DNA from: Escherichia phage Ecwhy_1
Reading direction: 5' to 3' (one strand)
Sequence record: MH791411.1
Length of the DNA: 64,000 nucleotides
Both the position numbers and the translations under genes were made by a program. Below are positions 9,776 through 21,970 of the stretch, one piece after another. Positions within the stretch are counted from its first letter, which is position 1. Every line of letters begins with the position of its first letter. The notes beneath the pieces were generated by a model. That model made no database searches and had not been told where the DNA came from. It saw only the letters and a list, made by a program, of their open reading frames with translations.

Positions 9776-9985
9776 CTACGACTCCTTGCGTATAACACGT
9801 CCTGTTAAGTGCTCGTCTGCACAGAACTTCATTATAAATGCCTTAAGATAGAAGTTGTCTAAGATGCGGTATGCTTGCTTCTTCATAACAACTTCCTTCT
9901 TTTCTACATCTACAATTATATCATGTTCTTCATGAAGTTCCTGGATCATTTTGTAAGTTTGGAAATTTAGTACGCTCATAACCAC
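9776..9985 (-). CDS. hypothetical protein
   Basis: Six-frame ORF, 69 aa. Confidence 0.4.
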   Translation of the reverse strand: MVMSVLNFQTYKMIQELHEEHDIIVDVEKKEVVMKKQAYRILDNFYLKAFIMKFCADEHLTGRVIRKES

Positions 9986-10291
9986 CTATATCCTCCATTT
10001 CCCATAAAATTCCAATCGCAACTGAAAGATCATGGTGAATTTGAAAATAGCCATTTGCAGCAGTGTAGATATAACCATGCTTGGTTATTGCATAACCCCA
10101 CTTCTTACTCTCCGAATGCATCTCACGCTTCAATGCATATGGTGAGCGGGGTAGCTTCTCTGGCTCTGGCTCACGGTTTTCGTTGTAAATCTATTGTTCG
10201 ATTCTCAACGCTTTATGATATGAGTATACATGAATTAGACGACAAAGTACAATAGTAATGCAACAAATAATTGTAAAATATATCAGATTAA

Positions 10292-10711
10292 TCATTTCAA
10301 CCTCTGCATAGAAACGTACTCGTTGATTGCATCAACTAAATCATATCCAGACATCACCGTATCATTGATGGTCACATTGTACTTTTTACTAACTTGTGTA
10401 CCATCTGTTTTACTGTATAGTGATCCATCTGGTTGAATTGTTAAAGTATTGTTTAGAATAAAATCAAACATTTCTTCTTTTGATAGATTTACAGTACAGG
10501 TGTCAATATGATCAGTACTTACCAATTCACGAGTATGTTTGACACCGTACTCGGTGTGTTCACCTATACTACGATGCAATGCCTTTAACTGCTCGGCGGC
10601 TGTTTCTTCATCATAGACATGAATAGTTTCAGTACTGTATAAAATATCTTGAATATTACCAGTACTTACTTCTGTCCATATATCTTTGAAATGTGTTTTG
10701 ATTGTTTTCAT
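10292..10711 (-). CDS. hypothetical protein
   Basis: Six-frame ORF, 139 aa. Confidence 0.5.
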   Translation of the reverse strand: MKTIKTHFKDIWTEVSTGNIQDILYSTETIHVYDEETAAEQLKALHRSIGEHTEYGVKHTRELVSTDHIDTCTVNLSKEEMFDFILNNTLTIQPDGSLYSKTDGTQVSKKYNVTINDTVMSGYDLVDAINEYVSMQRLK

Positions 10712-10722
10712 ATTATCTCGTA

Positions 10723-11175
10723 TTAGTTATATGAAGTGAATAGATCAATACTTTCATCATCTACACTGATTAATTTACCAGTTGAACTAACAAACACAAT
10801 ATTACCACCAGGGGTGAGTTGAACACGCTGGTTTACTGAATATTGATCACTAAGGTTATAATTAGCCCATTCAACTACATAACGCTGTTCAACACCATTA
10901 GTATCATAAAGATAAACGTGTGTAACATCACGCATTTTTAAACGGTCTAACAGTGTAGAGTTATCCATGAAATCCGATGGAGTATCACTACGCAATGCAA
11001 TACCGAACTCACCAATACCAGTACTAATAGTTAGACCGTTGGAAAAACGACTACAAAGAGTTTTCTCGTCAGCAATATGCATCCATAAAACATTCTTTAC
11101 ATCAATCTCAATGAACTCACAATTTTCAAAAACTAAACCTACTTTAGAAACCTTACCATTAAATTGCATCATCAA
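10723..11175 (-). CDS. hypothetical protein
   Basis: Six-frame ORF, 150 aa. Confidence 0.5.
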   Translation of the reverse strand: MMMQFNGKVSKVGLVFENCEFIEIDVKNVLWMHIADEKTLCSRFSNGLTISTGIGEFGIALRSDTPSDFMDNSTLLDRLKMRDVTHVYLYDTNGVEQRYVVEWANYNLSDQYSVNQRVQLTPGGNIVFVSSTGKLISVDDESIDLFTSYN

Positions 11176-11609
11176 CTCCTATTTTTTTTGTATTTTAAAA
11201 TAAAATCTCTTGCTGCTTTCATAAGTTTAAATGGAATAGCTAATTCTTTAACAGTACTATCCATGAAATGTTCTTCTTCTGTATCATAGAATGTTGACGT
11301 GTAGTGTTCACAATCATCAATTCTATCCCAGATACTTGGCGTGTCAGCAATAACAGTGATTTGTTTATCAGTTTTGGTATGTGCCGCATGTAACGTAAAT
11401 CCAATATCACCCGTTTCAACACGAATTACAAACGATTTATCAGATATATAGTTCAACCAGCAATCTTTACCGAAGTATACAGTACTGTGTTTCTTCTCAA
11501 ATGTATTACTGTTTTCAAGTACATCAATGACAATATCAACCGCATTGTCACTTAAAATTTTGACCATATCATCTTCCTCGTAGGGTTCTGGCAATTTCAA
11601 AGATACCAT
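11172..11609 (-). CDS. F-Q/M-x-S motif family protein (variant EEEHFMDSTV)
   Basis: Six-frame ORF, 145 aa; C-terminal motif shared with the paralog family described in findings. Confidence 0.55.
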   Translation of the reverse strand: MVSLKLPEPYEEDDMVKILSDNAVDIVIDVLENSNTFEKKHSTVYFGKDCWLNYISDKSFVIRVETGDIGFTLHAAHTKTDKQITVIADTPSIWDRIDDCEHYTSTFYDTEEEHFMDSTVKELAIPFKLMKAARDFILKYKKNRS

Positions 11610-11639
11610 TTATGTTGTCAATTGTCAACATTTAAATGT

Positions 11640-12056
11640 TTATCCTTTATTTTGTTGTACGTTTTTATGTAGTACACCACAAATATAAAATAATTTACTT
11701 AGATTAGAATAACTTATGTTAGTTAGATCGTATACGAAATTTAGTTGCATATACATATCTTCAGTTAAATCATACAACGATTCATCCACATCAATTACAA
11801 TTTTCTTTGTAGTGTCAATCTCTACTTTATTAGGCCATACATCAATAACATAATCATCACCATGTTTTTCAGATATGGAAATGAAAACATTATCGCTTTG
11901 TTCTAAAAACTCCATGTATCCGTTAAGAAATGATCCAGTTATTATCTCATATTCACCAGAATGATACGTTGTCCTGGACTCAAATGCATTAAAAAATATA
12001 AAACGATATGTTTGGTTGATATACTCATCCATTAAACTAATAACTTCTTTATTCAT
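11640..12056 (-). CDS. hypothetical protein (start moved to internal Met MNKEVIS)
   Basis: Track ORF 11640..12116; an upstream terminator hairpin lies inside the annotated N-terminus and a GGGGA RBS precedes the ATG at 12056. Confidence 0.45.
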   Translation of the reverse strand: MNKEVISLMDEYINQTYRFIFFNAFESRTTYHSGEYEIITGSFLNGYMEFLEQSDNVFISISEKHGDDYVIDVWPNKVEIDTTKKIVIDVDESLYDLTEDMYMQLNFVYDLTNISYSNLSKLFYICGVLHKNVQQNKG

Positions 12057-12077
12057 TACATTAATCCCCACAAGAAA

Positions 12078-12105
12078 AAAGGCCGATTCATAATGAATCA
12101 GCCTT
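12078..12105 (-). terminator. intrinsic terminator (probable)
   Basis: Minus-strand stem AAGGCUGAUUCA / UGAAUCGGCCUU followed by a U-run. Confidence 0.45.
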
Positions 12106-12295
12106 AAGTATAACACAGTAGAAGTAAAAATGTCAACTTCTAAAATACAGTATCAAAGAGGAATAAAAAGATACTGTTAGAGGGTAACGAATATAATGAA
12201 CCATGAGGGTGATATCATTATACTTTAAAAGAGTGATAGCTTCTAGACAAAAGGAGGAATTCAGTACCGACTAGAAGCTATCCGGTTAAACGATT

Positions 12296-12580
12296 TCAGT
12301 ACTGAATGTTTAGTTTAGGATGAGTATGTCCATCTTCGATTTGCTTTAGAATCGAGTCGCGGATCTCTACTGCACCCTGATAACTGTATTTATCGTTCGG
12401 AACTACCCATGTATATTCACCATCAGTGGTTGTAAAATCAATACATGGATTGTCTCTGTATTCAGATGCAATGATTGAAATAACATGCAATGAATTCAAT
12501 GAATGATTTGTATAAGGATAATTGTTATTGTCTCGGAACGTGAATGTTTTTAGTTCATCAGGTGCAACAATAAATTCCAT
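12296..12580 (-). CDS. hypothetical protein
   Basis: Six-frame ORF, 94 aa. Confidence 0.5.
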   Translation of the reverse strand: MEFIVAPDELKTFTFRDNNNYPYTNHSLNSLHVISIIASEYRDNPCIDFTTTDGEYTWVVPNDKYSYQGAVEIRDSILKQIEDGHTHPKLNIQY

Positions 12581-12771
12581 TATTCATCCTCGTACTTCTT
12601 GAATGGTGGAACATCTCCATTGAAGTCTTTGCACATCTTAGTTGCACGAACTTCTGTATTGTTGTGGTAATTTTTCTTAAATTCATAAGAAACATAATTA
12701 CGAATACCAGGTGTATGAATAATAGCAAGAACCAATGTACGACCAAATAAGCATAACAAATTCAAAAACAT
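12580..12771 (-). CDS. hypothetical small protein
   Basis: Six-frame ORF, 63 aa. Confidence 0.35.
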   Translation of the reverse strand: MFLNLLCLFGRTLVLAIIHTPGIRNYVSYEFKKNYHNNTEVRATKMCKDFNGDVPPFKKYEDE

Positions 12772-12784
12772 ATTAAGCTCCGAG

Positions 12785-13144
12785 TTATGGATTAATCAAA
12801 CGACACATACCAACTATAACATTTATCTCTTCTAATGTCAAGTCACCAATGTCATTTATCATTGAGTACTGGAATAATGACTCTTCTGTGTACTCAAAAT
12901 CACGTACTGCTATAAAAATTGGCTCCTTAGAAACACCTAATGTTATCTTAGCCATTGTACTATATAAATCAAATCGATACAAAAGATTAGGAGAAGTATA
13001 TACTATGTATAAATTATTAGATTCTGATGGATGTACTAGGGTGAATCCATCATAACATAATATTTTTATGTTAGGATCATCAAAATTACCAGTATTAAGA
13101 TTCTTACGAACATCTTGCATTATACGAGTTATTAAACTAGTCAT
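12785..13144 (-). CDS. F-Q-x-S motif family protein (EESLFQYSMI)
   Basis: Six-frame ORF, 119 aa; clear paralog of the adjacent 13137..13553 gene. Confidence 0.55.
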   Translation of the reverse strand: MTSLITRIMQDVRKNLNTGNFDDPNIKILCYDGFTLVHPSESNNLYIVYTSPNLLYRFDLYSTMAKITLGVSKEPIFIAVRDFEYTEESLFQYSMINDIGDLTLEEINVIVGMCRLINP

Positions 13145-13553
13145 TAAACGGATTTAGAACCTCTTCTGGAATTAATCTTTGAACTTTAAGGATAGCACTA
13201 ATGTCCTCAAATGTCAATCCATTTAGATCGTTTACGAGACAGTACTGAAAGAATTTTTCTTCAGTATCAATATCGTCAAAATCCAATTCAATTCTAGTGT
13301 CATAATAATTACCATTTACATTAGCAATTCTGATTTTAACTCGTTCAAAATACACATCAAATGAATAAAAATGATCATTGATTTCATAACCAAGAAAAAT
13401 ATTAAAACATTTACTCAAATCAGTGGTTTCGTTCAAATCGCCATCATAGCAAAAAACTCTAACTTCACCAATATCTTCTAATTGTACATCATGTAGTGAC
13501 CATGCGTTGTTTTTTAATACGTAGTTCACCATTTTAACAATGTTGTATTTCAT
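13137..13553 (-). CDS. F-Q-x-S motif family protein (EEKFFQYCLV)
   Basis: Six-frame ORF, 138 aa; C-terminal block aligns with 12785..13144. Confidence 0.55.
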   Translation of the reverse strand: MKYNIVKMVNYVLKNNAWSLHDVQLEDIGEVRVFCYDGDLNETTDLSKCFNIFLGYEINDHFYSFDVYFERVKIRIANVNGNYYDTRIELDFDDIDTEEKFFQYCLVNDLNGLTFEDISAILKVQRLIPEEVLNPFND

Positions 13554-13570
13554 AGTGTACCTTTATTTTG

Positions 13571-13643
<73 letters not shown>

Positions 13644-13646
13644 TGA

Positions 13647-13729
<83 letters not shown>

Positions 13730-13780
13730 AGAAGTAAGATAACCAACAAGTCTCCATACTCTTTCGCATTGAGGGGAGGC

Positions 13781-13841
<61 letters not shown>

Positions 13842-13901
13842 GCCAAGTGTCGGCATAGGTGCAGCACTACAAAGTACTTCAAGCTGTTTAGCAGTTTCTT
13901 C

Positions 13902-13983
<82 letters not shown>

Positions 13984-13985
13984 TA

Positions 13986-14111
<126 letters not shown>

Positions 14112-14130
14112 GCATACTCGAAGTACCTCT

Positions 14131-14168
<38 letters not shown>

Positions 14169-14169
14169 A

Positions 14170-14222
<53 letters not shown>

Positions 14223-14267
14223 ATAGGCACACACGGAACTGCTTTATAAGCTACTGAATCGGGAATC

Positions 14268-14798
<531 letters not shown>

Positions 14799-14807
14799 AT
14801 TTGTTTC

Positions 14808-14993
14808 CTATGAAATGAATGTAGCGTTAATTCCCATTATAAATGAAAATATACCAAACAATATCAACCCGATTGGTACAAAGATCATAGATCTATTTCC
14901 ATGTTTCGATAAAAATCGTTCAACTGTAATTAAACGTATTGATATCGGAACCATTATAATAATATACAATATTGAAAGAATTAAAAGTTGCAT
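14808..14993 (-). CDS. hypothetical small membrane protein
   Basis: Six-frame ORF, 61 aa, two hydrophobic segments. Confidence 0.4.
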   Translation of the reverse strand: MQLLILSILYIIIMVPISIRLITVERFLSKHGNRSMIFVPIGLILFGIFSFIMGINATFIS

Positions 14994-15006
14994 TTTAATT
15001 TCCTAT

Positions 15007-15826
<820 letters not shown>

Positions 15827-16189
15827 ATCACCAACTTTAATTAAAAAAAATGGATGGTGACGCTTTTAAACGCCGCTGTTAATTCAGCTTTATAACCACC
15901 CGTTTTAACTTGCCTTTCGGCTACCTTGACGTGGGGCGTACAGGCTACTAAAAGCAACTACTGTAAACATATTTCCACGCCTTACCCTTTTAAATAAAAG
16001 TCCATCCGGTTTTCCAGTTTGGTGAAGGACTGTCACCTCTAGTTTAAACCTGCTAGTCAAGTAATAATTGCCTATCGTCCAATTATCAAACCCGTCTAGG
16101 TTAACATTCACCACTTCCTAGAGTACCAGAGATCTTGTTCTGGATTGCATCGACGTAACTTACACCATATACGTCTGATTGTGGAATTC

Positions 16190-16214
16190 ATTATATCAGT
16201 ACTGAACTATTTAG

Positions 16215-16218
<4 letters not shown>
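16190..16218 (-). promoter_or_regulatory. consensus sigma-70-type promoter TTGACT-N17-TATAAT
   Basis: Exact -35 and -10 hexamers with a 17-nt spacer on the minus strand; followed by about 340 nt without a convincing ORF, then the tRNA cluster. Confidence 0.6.
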
Positions 16219-16640
<422 letters not shown>

Positions 16641-16648
16641 CTTTTTAT

Positions 16649-16809
<161 letters not shown>

Positions 16810-16813
<4 letters not shown>

Positions 16814-16970
16814 ATTCGTACCAGTAGTTCAATTAAGTACATTTCATATGCTGGATCGTTGATAAGTTTATCATACAGATGTGGCTCTGAAATGAATTCC
16901 CAATGATACTTTAGCCATTTACCGATACCCGAATATCTAAAATTAATGTCATTCATCCATTCTTCATGTG

Positions 16971-16974
<4 letters not shown>
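16810..16974 (-). CDS. MTHEEW-family small protein (54 aa), copy B
   Basis: Hand translation: MTHEEWMNDINFRYSGIGKWLKYHWEFISEPHLYDKLINDPAYEMYLIELLVRI; ATGA stop/start overlap with copy C. Confidence 0.5.
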
Positions 16975-17240
<266 letters not shown>

Positions 17241-17243
17241 TTT

Positions 17244-17359
<116 letters not shown>

Positions 17360-17376
17360 ATAGTCTGTTCCAATAT

Positions 17377-17667
17377 TTATGATTCGGTTTCGGGATTAAA
17401 TTTTATAAATTCATCTTTATGTTCATCTTCAAACGCAATATCTTCTACATCTTCAGGCCAGATTGTGGTGTCCCCTTGGTAGAAGCGATAGTTATCGAAT
17501 TCTGCACTACGTGTTCTTCCCTGTTCCCAACCAATAGTACAGTCATGATATACATCACCACTACGTGTGCGAATGCTTATTGAGTCTTGTGTTTCATAAA
17601 GAACGTCAATGCGTGTGTTACGATTTGTATTGAATTTTTCAAAATGCATAGTAATCCCCAACAACAA
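17377..17667 (-). CDS. hypothetical protein
   Basis: Six-frame ORF, 96 aa. Confidence 0.45.
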   Translation of the reverse strand: MLLGITMHFEKFNTNRNTRIDVLYETQDSISIRTRSGDVYHDCTIGWEQGRTRSAEFDNYRFYQGDTTIWPEDVEDIAFEDEHKDEFIKFNPETES

Positions 17668-17670
17668 TTG

Positions 17671-17889
17671 TTATTCTTGTGGTTTAGTTACACCAACACC
17701 AATAATACTTTTAATATCAATATGGATATTAGCAAGTTCATTACTGTCAAACGGGTTAGTTTCAGTTACAACAACAGTGGTGTCATTAACTAAAACTACT
17801 GAACCTTTTACACGGTATCCCTGAAGGAGTACTTGTACATTGTCACCAGCGTTTAATGAGTTAATAACTTCTAATAGAGTAGATTCCAT
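17671..17889 (-). CDS. hypothetical protein
   Basis: Six-frame ORF, 72 aa. Confidence 0.45.
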   Translation of the reverse strand: MESTLLEVINSLNAGDNVQVLLQGYRVKGSVVLVNDTTVVVTETNPFDSNELANIHIDIKSIIGVGVTKPQE

Positions 17890-17899
17890 TTTATTTTCC

Positions 17900-18097
17900 T
17901 TACGGTTTACTATTTTTACGTTGTTCTGATTCGGGTACAGTTTTCATTTCACCAATACATAGTTCCATGATGAGTACACCTTTGTCATTATAACGTACTA
18001 CATCTTCAATGTCAAAATGTCTCGCACTATGAACAACTTCAATACATGCATCATCGGGATATGATTCCAATAATGCTACAAGTTCTGCTTTAGTCAC
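17900..18097 (-). CDS. hypothetical protein
   Basis: Six-frame ORF, 65 aa; GTG start with GAGGA RBS; promoter upstream. Confidence 0.45.
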   Translation of the reverse strand: MTKAELVALLESYPDDACIEVVHSARHFDIEDVVRYNDKGVLIMELCIGEMKTVPESEQRKNSKP

Positions 18098-18110
18098 TTT
18101 GGATTCCTCG

Positions 18111-18459
<349 letters not shown>

Positions 18460-18469
18460 AATATATCTT

Positions 18470-18640
18470 CTATTCCCTAAATGCAAGCTCATATATGAAC
18501 CATCGATTTCCATCCTCATCTAGTACATATAAATCGAACTGATGTTTGTCTCGTAAAATATCGTAATGACCATCACGAAATCCATTCCCAAACAGATCAT
18601 ATCGTTCTTTCATAATAGACATCCATTCTTCATGTGTCAT
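18470..18640 (-). CDS. MTHEEW-family small protein (56 aa)
   Basis: Hand translation: MTHEEWMSIMKERYDLFGNGFRDGHYDILRDKHQFDLYVLDEDGNRWFIYELAFRE; ATGA overlap with the upstream gene. Confidence 0.5.
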   Translation of the reverse strand: MTHEEWMSIMKERYDLFGNGFRDGHYDILRDKHQFDLYVLDEDGNRWFIYELAFRE

Positions 18641-19140
18641 TTACGTTGCATCCAATGTGAACCAGTCCAGACTTTTTTCTTTTCACGTTCTATCTGTCGT
18701 TGTTTTAATTCTTCATCCCACAGAATATTGTCGTTTAAGAAATAGTTATATAGTTCTTTTAACTTCAAATTATCTGAAAATGCGGGAAAGTACTTATTAT
18801 CACATACCAAACTCTCTTGAAAATGTACATCTTCATCTGTGATGTATTGATATGTGAAAATTCTATTCGGGTTTGGATAGATACCATTTGTTTCAGAGAA
18901 ACATTTTCTAAGTAGTCTTTTACCAAAATCACAGATAATAGTATCTTTACGAATAAAATTCCAGCGAGTAACCATTTTAATTGTTAGAGTTTGATAATTT
19001 TGATCTAAGCTTATTTGATGTTCACCATCTTTGTGCTTATAGTGATAAGTACCTTGTTTTCGAACTGTTCGTTCAAATTCATTAACATTAATTTTACTTA
19101 AAATCTCAGTAATACTTTCCGGTACATGCGTAATGAGCAT
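18637..19140 (-). CDS. F-Q-x-S motif family protein (DEDVHFQESLV)
   Basis: Six-frame ORF, 167 aa. Confidence 0.5.
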   Translation of the reverse strand: MLITHVPESITEILSKINVNEFERTVRKQGTYHYKHKDGEHQISLDQNYQTLTIKMVTRWNFIRKDTIICDFGKRLLRKCFSETNGIYPNPNRIFTYQYITDEDVHFQESLVCDNKYFPAFSDNLKLKELYNYFLNDNILWDEELKQRQIEREKKKVWTGSHWMQRK

Positions 19141-19185
19141 TATTGTTCTCCTGTTTAAAACAAAAGAATAGCATATATATCAGTA

Positions 19186-19368
19186 CTAGTCAATTTTTTT
19201 GACTCTAACCGCAAGCTCATAGATGAACCAGTGATTACTATCCTCATCAAGTACAAATGATTTGAAAAGTTGTTTATCTTTTAACACATCATAATGACCT
19301 TGGCGTATACCAAAACCAAAAGGATTATGTTTAAATTTTAGTTCATCTAACCATTCTTTATGTGTCAT
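19186..19368 (-). CDS. MTHEEW-family small protein (MTHKEW variant, 60 aa)
   Basis: Six-frame ORF; aligns with the 18470..18640 product (GHYD.L.DK..F...VLDED.N.WFIYELA). Confidence 0.5.
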   Translation of the reverse strand: MTHKEWLDELKFKHNPFGFGIRQGHYDVLKDKQLFKSFVLDEDSNHWFIYELAVRVKKID

Positions 19369-19550
19369 CTTATTTTGTCCATGACTGCTATACTAAAATA
19401 TGTACCAAAATCATCACAATTGATGATGTTGTTATAGTACTCGATTGGGTTACGCAATGATATATACAATTCAAGCTTAAAATAGTATATATCTGCTGCA
19501 TTTATATTATAGTGTAGATTAAACCACTCATCAAATGTCTTAGGCTGCAT
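19365..19550 (-). CDS. hypothetical protein
   Basis: Six-frame ORF, 61 aa. Confidence 0.4.
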   Translation of the reverse strand: MQPKTFDEWFNLHYNINAADIYYFKLELYISLRNPIEYYNNIINCDDFGTYFSIAVMDKIR

Positions 19551-19944
19551 TATATTTATCTTTATAAAAATCCATGATTTTAGTCAACAGTACTGCAATC
19601 GTATAATCTAAATCAGGATAAAGTAAATTGTACTGAAATTCTTCCTCTACACTATAGTTTGTGGTGCAGTACTGATAGTCTTTATAACCAATGGAAAAAT
19701 GGTTAGGATACAATGTACAACGAAAACGATATGCTTCATCTGTCATATAATCATTGTATTCAACACAGAAGTATAGTGATTTTGCATTTAATTCAATAAG
19801 CTCAACGAAACCATCAGGTAATGAATGGTTATAAATTACTGAATCTTCATTAAACCATTCATAGTATTTTTCCAAAAAATCACTAATGGATACATCCAGA
19901 CTTTGTATAGGTGGAGTTATGATAATTTGAACTTCTTTATTCAT
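19540..19944 (-). CDS. F-Q-x-S motif family protein (SVEEEFQYNLL)
   Basis: Six-frame ORF, 134 aa. Confidence 0.5.
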   Translation of the reverse strand: MNKEVQIIITPPIQSLDVSISDFLEKYYEWFNEDSVIYNHSLPDGFVELIELNAKSLYFCVEYNDYMTDEAYRFRCTLYPNHFSIGYKDYQYCTTNYSVEEEFQYNLLYPDLDYTIAVLLTKIMDFYKDKYNAA

Positions 19945-20447
19945 TTCGACCCCTTACTATATTTCACGTATGGGCTATCATACAGATCATAACTTTTTTG
20001 TGCACGTTCTTTTCGGCGTTCATACATGATTCTATCATAATCTTTGGCTTTCTGATTTGCTTCATTATACAATTTTAAAATAAGCAAAAAAGCATCAAGG
20101 TCGGGATAGTTTGCTGGATTGATAGTACTCAGCATAAATCGTTCTTCTTCAGTTCTAGCTAAGTCAAACTCGTACTTAATAGTTTTATATCCACTCCATT
20201 TATATGTATGTGTTACTTTATTAGTAAGTACATTGTATCCAACGAAGTCAGTACTACCATCAAGTACGCGAGTAATCATAATAGATGTACCAATGACAAT
20301 CTGCACAGAACTCATTTCTGAAGTTTTAAAGTAATATATATTACCACGTCGCAGATTAACTTCTCGATCTCCAATGCGAACATGCTTAATAACTTCAGTT
20401 AATGGTTCTGGGACACCACGAATAGGCATGTTAGTATTCCTCAACAA
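19941..20447 (-). CDS. F-Q/M-x-S motif family protein (variant EEERFMLSTI)
   Basis: Six-frame ORF, 168 aa. Confidence 0.45.
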   Translation of the reverse strand: MLRNTNMPIRGVPEPLTEVIKHVRIGDREVNLRRGNIYYFKTSEMSSVQIVIGTSIMITRVLDGSTDFVGYNVLTNKVTHTYKWSGYKTIKYEFDLARTEEERFMLSTINPANYPDLDAFLLILKLYNEANQKAKDYDRIMYERRKERAQKSYDLYDSPYVKYSKGSK

Positions 20448-21000
20448 CGGTTAGGAATCTATCCCAACCAGTATAAGTGAAATGATCAAAGTATTGTTTT
20501 TCGCCACCTACCATATATACTTCAATTAAACCGTGGTCGAAATAATTTTTTGGTTTTTTAACTTCAGTTACAATTGCTTTATGTCTGAAACCATTATAAT
20601 CAGTATATGTTACAATATCGTGAATTTTGATATTATCAGGTGTATAAGTGTTGGCGTTATTATTGAGAACATGAAGATGATGGTCTACGATTTCTTTACT
20701 GGAAATTACCCCAAATATGTTACCAGAAAATACTTTATTACCATTACAGGTCAATGCCCAGCCATCACCCACTTCAATAGATTCAAATACATAATGTGTG
20801 CAAATTTTAGATACATCTGACGTATCCCAGTAATCACCATCAAGATTGGTGAATTTATAAACAGTTTTGAGTTTTTCGCCATCAAATGAAAGCAATGATA
20901 CTCCGATAACAACCGTTCCGTCTTTAAGAATAATATTAAATTTATTATTTGTATTAAAGTATGCTTCTGACTCAGATGAGTTGAATTTAATAAAGTTCAT
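20431..21000 (-). CDS. hypothetical protein
   Basis: Six-frame ORF, 189 aa. Confidence 0.5.
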   Translation of the reverse strand: MNFIKFNSSESEAYFNTNNKFNIILKDGTVVIGVSLLSFDGEKLKTVYKFTNLDGDYWDTSDVSKICTHYVFESIEVGDGWALTCNGNKVFSGNIFGVISSKEIVDHHLHVLNNNANTYTPDNIKIHDIVTYTDYNGFRHKAIVTEVKKPKNYFDHGLIEVYMVGGEKQYFDHFTYTGWDRFLTVVEEY

Positions 21001-21047
21001 ATGTTCTCCTTAGTAAGTCATAGTATTATATCAGAGTTTCATTGCAC

Positions 21048-21440
21048 TTACCAGCATGTTTTCATAACTTCTGTGATGTAAATCATTTTATCTTTTAGTT
21101 CATAAGGGATGCAAATTTCACCTGGGCTTAACGTTGTGTTCTTTTGAAACTCATCCTCTTCGGAATCAGCCAGGTAAAATGGGTGCGTCACAAAGTTATC
21201 ATCAACTGGACGATTATGTGGTTTCATTAATGCATCATGATTGACAAAATAATAAGCATCAATATCAGGACGGAAATACAAACAATCAACCTTAATGCAC
21301 GGGTGTAACCATAAGGACAAAGAATATGTTATTTGGTTACCAATTTGTCTTGGACCAGATGCAATTGTATTGATGTTATTTTTATCTTGCACCATTTCAT
21401 AAATGAAATCTATCATTTTACGTAGTTCAGATTCAGTCAT
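21048..21440 (-). CDS. F-Q-x-S motif family protein (EEDEFQKNTT)
   Basis: Six-frame ORF, 130 aa. Confidence 0.5.
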   Translation of the reverse strand: MTESELRKMIDFIYEMVQDKNNINTIASGPRQIGNQITYSLSLWLHPCIKVDCLYFRPDIDAYYFVNHDALMKPHNRPVDDNFVTHPFYLADSEEDEFQKNTTLSPGEICIPYELKDKMIYITEVMKTCW

Positions 21441-21451
21441 TTTATTTCCTT

Positions 21452-21477
21452 AAAAAAATACCCAGTACTAGACTGGG
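21452..21477 (-). terminator. intrinsic terminator
   Basis: Minus-strand stem CCCAGU / ACUGGG followed by a U-run, after a small ORF ending near 21491. Confidence 0.55.
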
Positions 21478-21490
21478 CATAAAGTAATGT

Positions 21491-21640
21491 TTAATCAGAT
21501 TTCTTTTCGTAATCTGTAAAAACAGTCAGGATTGTTGCACACAGTGAATCAACTGCTGCTGCACGTTTTTCATCAAGGTCTTTAGCTAGTGCTTGAATCT
21601 CTTGAAGTTTTACTACTAAGTCGATTTTTTGATTACTCAT
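21491..21640 (-). CDS. hypothetical small protein (49 aa)
   Basis: Hand translation: MSNQKIDLVVKLQEIQALAKDLDEKRAAAVDSLCATILTVFTDYEKKSD; below the track cutoff. Confidence 0.4.
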   Translation of the reverse strand: MSNQKIDLVVKLQEIQALAKDLDEKRAAAVDSLCATILTVFTDYEKKSD

Positions 21641-21664
21641 TACTTCTCCTATTGATTGTATTTT

Positions 21665-21970
21665 TTAGATGTTAATTTTAATCCCAGATAGATCCAGTAC
21701 TTTACGTAAAGGAGGTTCTGGTTCAGGCTGAACAACCTCTTCAGGCTCTTGTGCTGGAATCTTTGTGTTAATATTTAGACCATCTTGAAGAATTTCAGGG
21801 ATAATTCCATGCTGCACATCATTGTACATAGACACAACCGTTTCTGCACAAGATAACATTTCACGAACTTTAAACTGATATCCTTGTGGTAAATCTTTGA
21901 TGATTTCCATAACATCTAATAACTTCGTTTGTACATCAATAAGAATACTGTTTGATTTATCTGCATCCAT
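21665..21970 (-). CDS. hypothetical protein
   Basis: Six-frame ORF, 101 aa. Confidence 0.5.
   Translation of the reverse strand: MDADKSNSILIDVQTKLLDVMEIIKDLPQGYQFKVREMLSCAETVVSMYNDVQHGIIPEILQDGLNINTKIPAQEPEEVVQPEPEPPLRKVLDLSGIKINI

Noticed and set aside
15905-16114. 69-aa ORF inside the ORF-free region
   Set aside because: No RBS, an arginine/glycine-rich odd translation, and it lies directly downstream of a promoter next to tRNAs; more likely non-coding, though not excluded.
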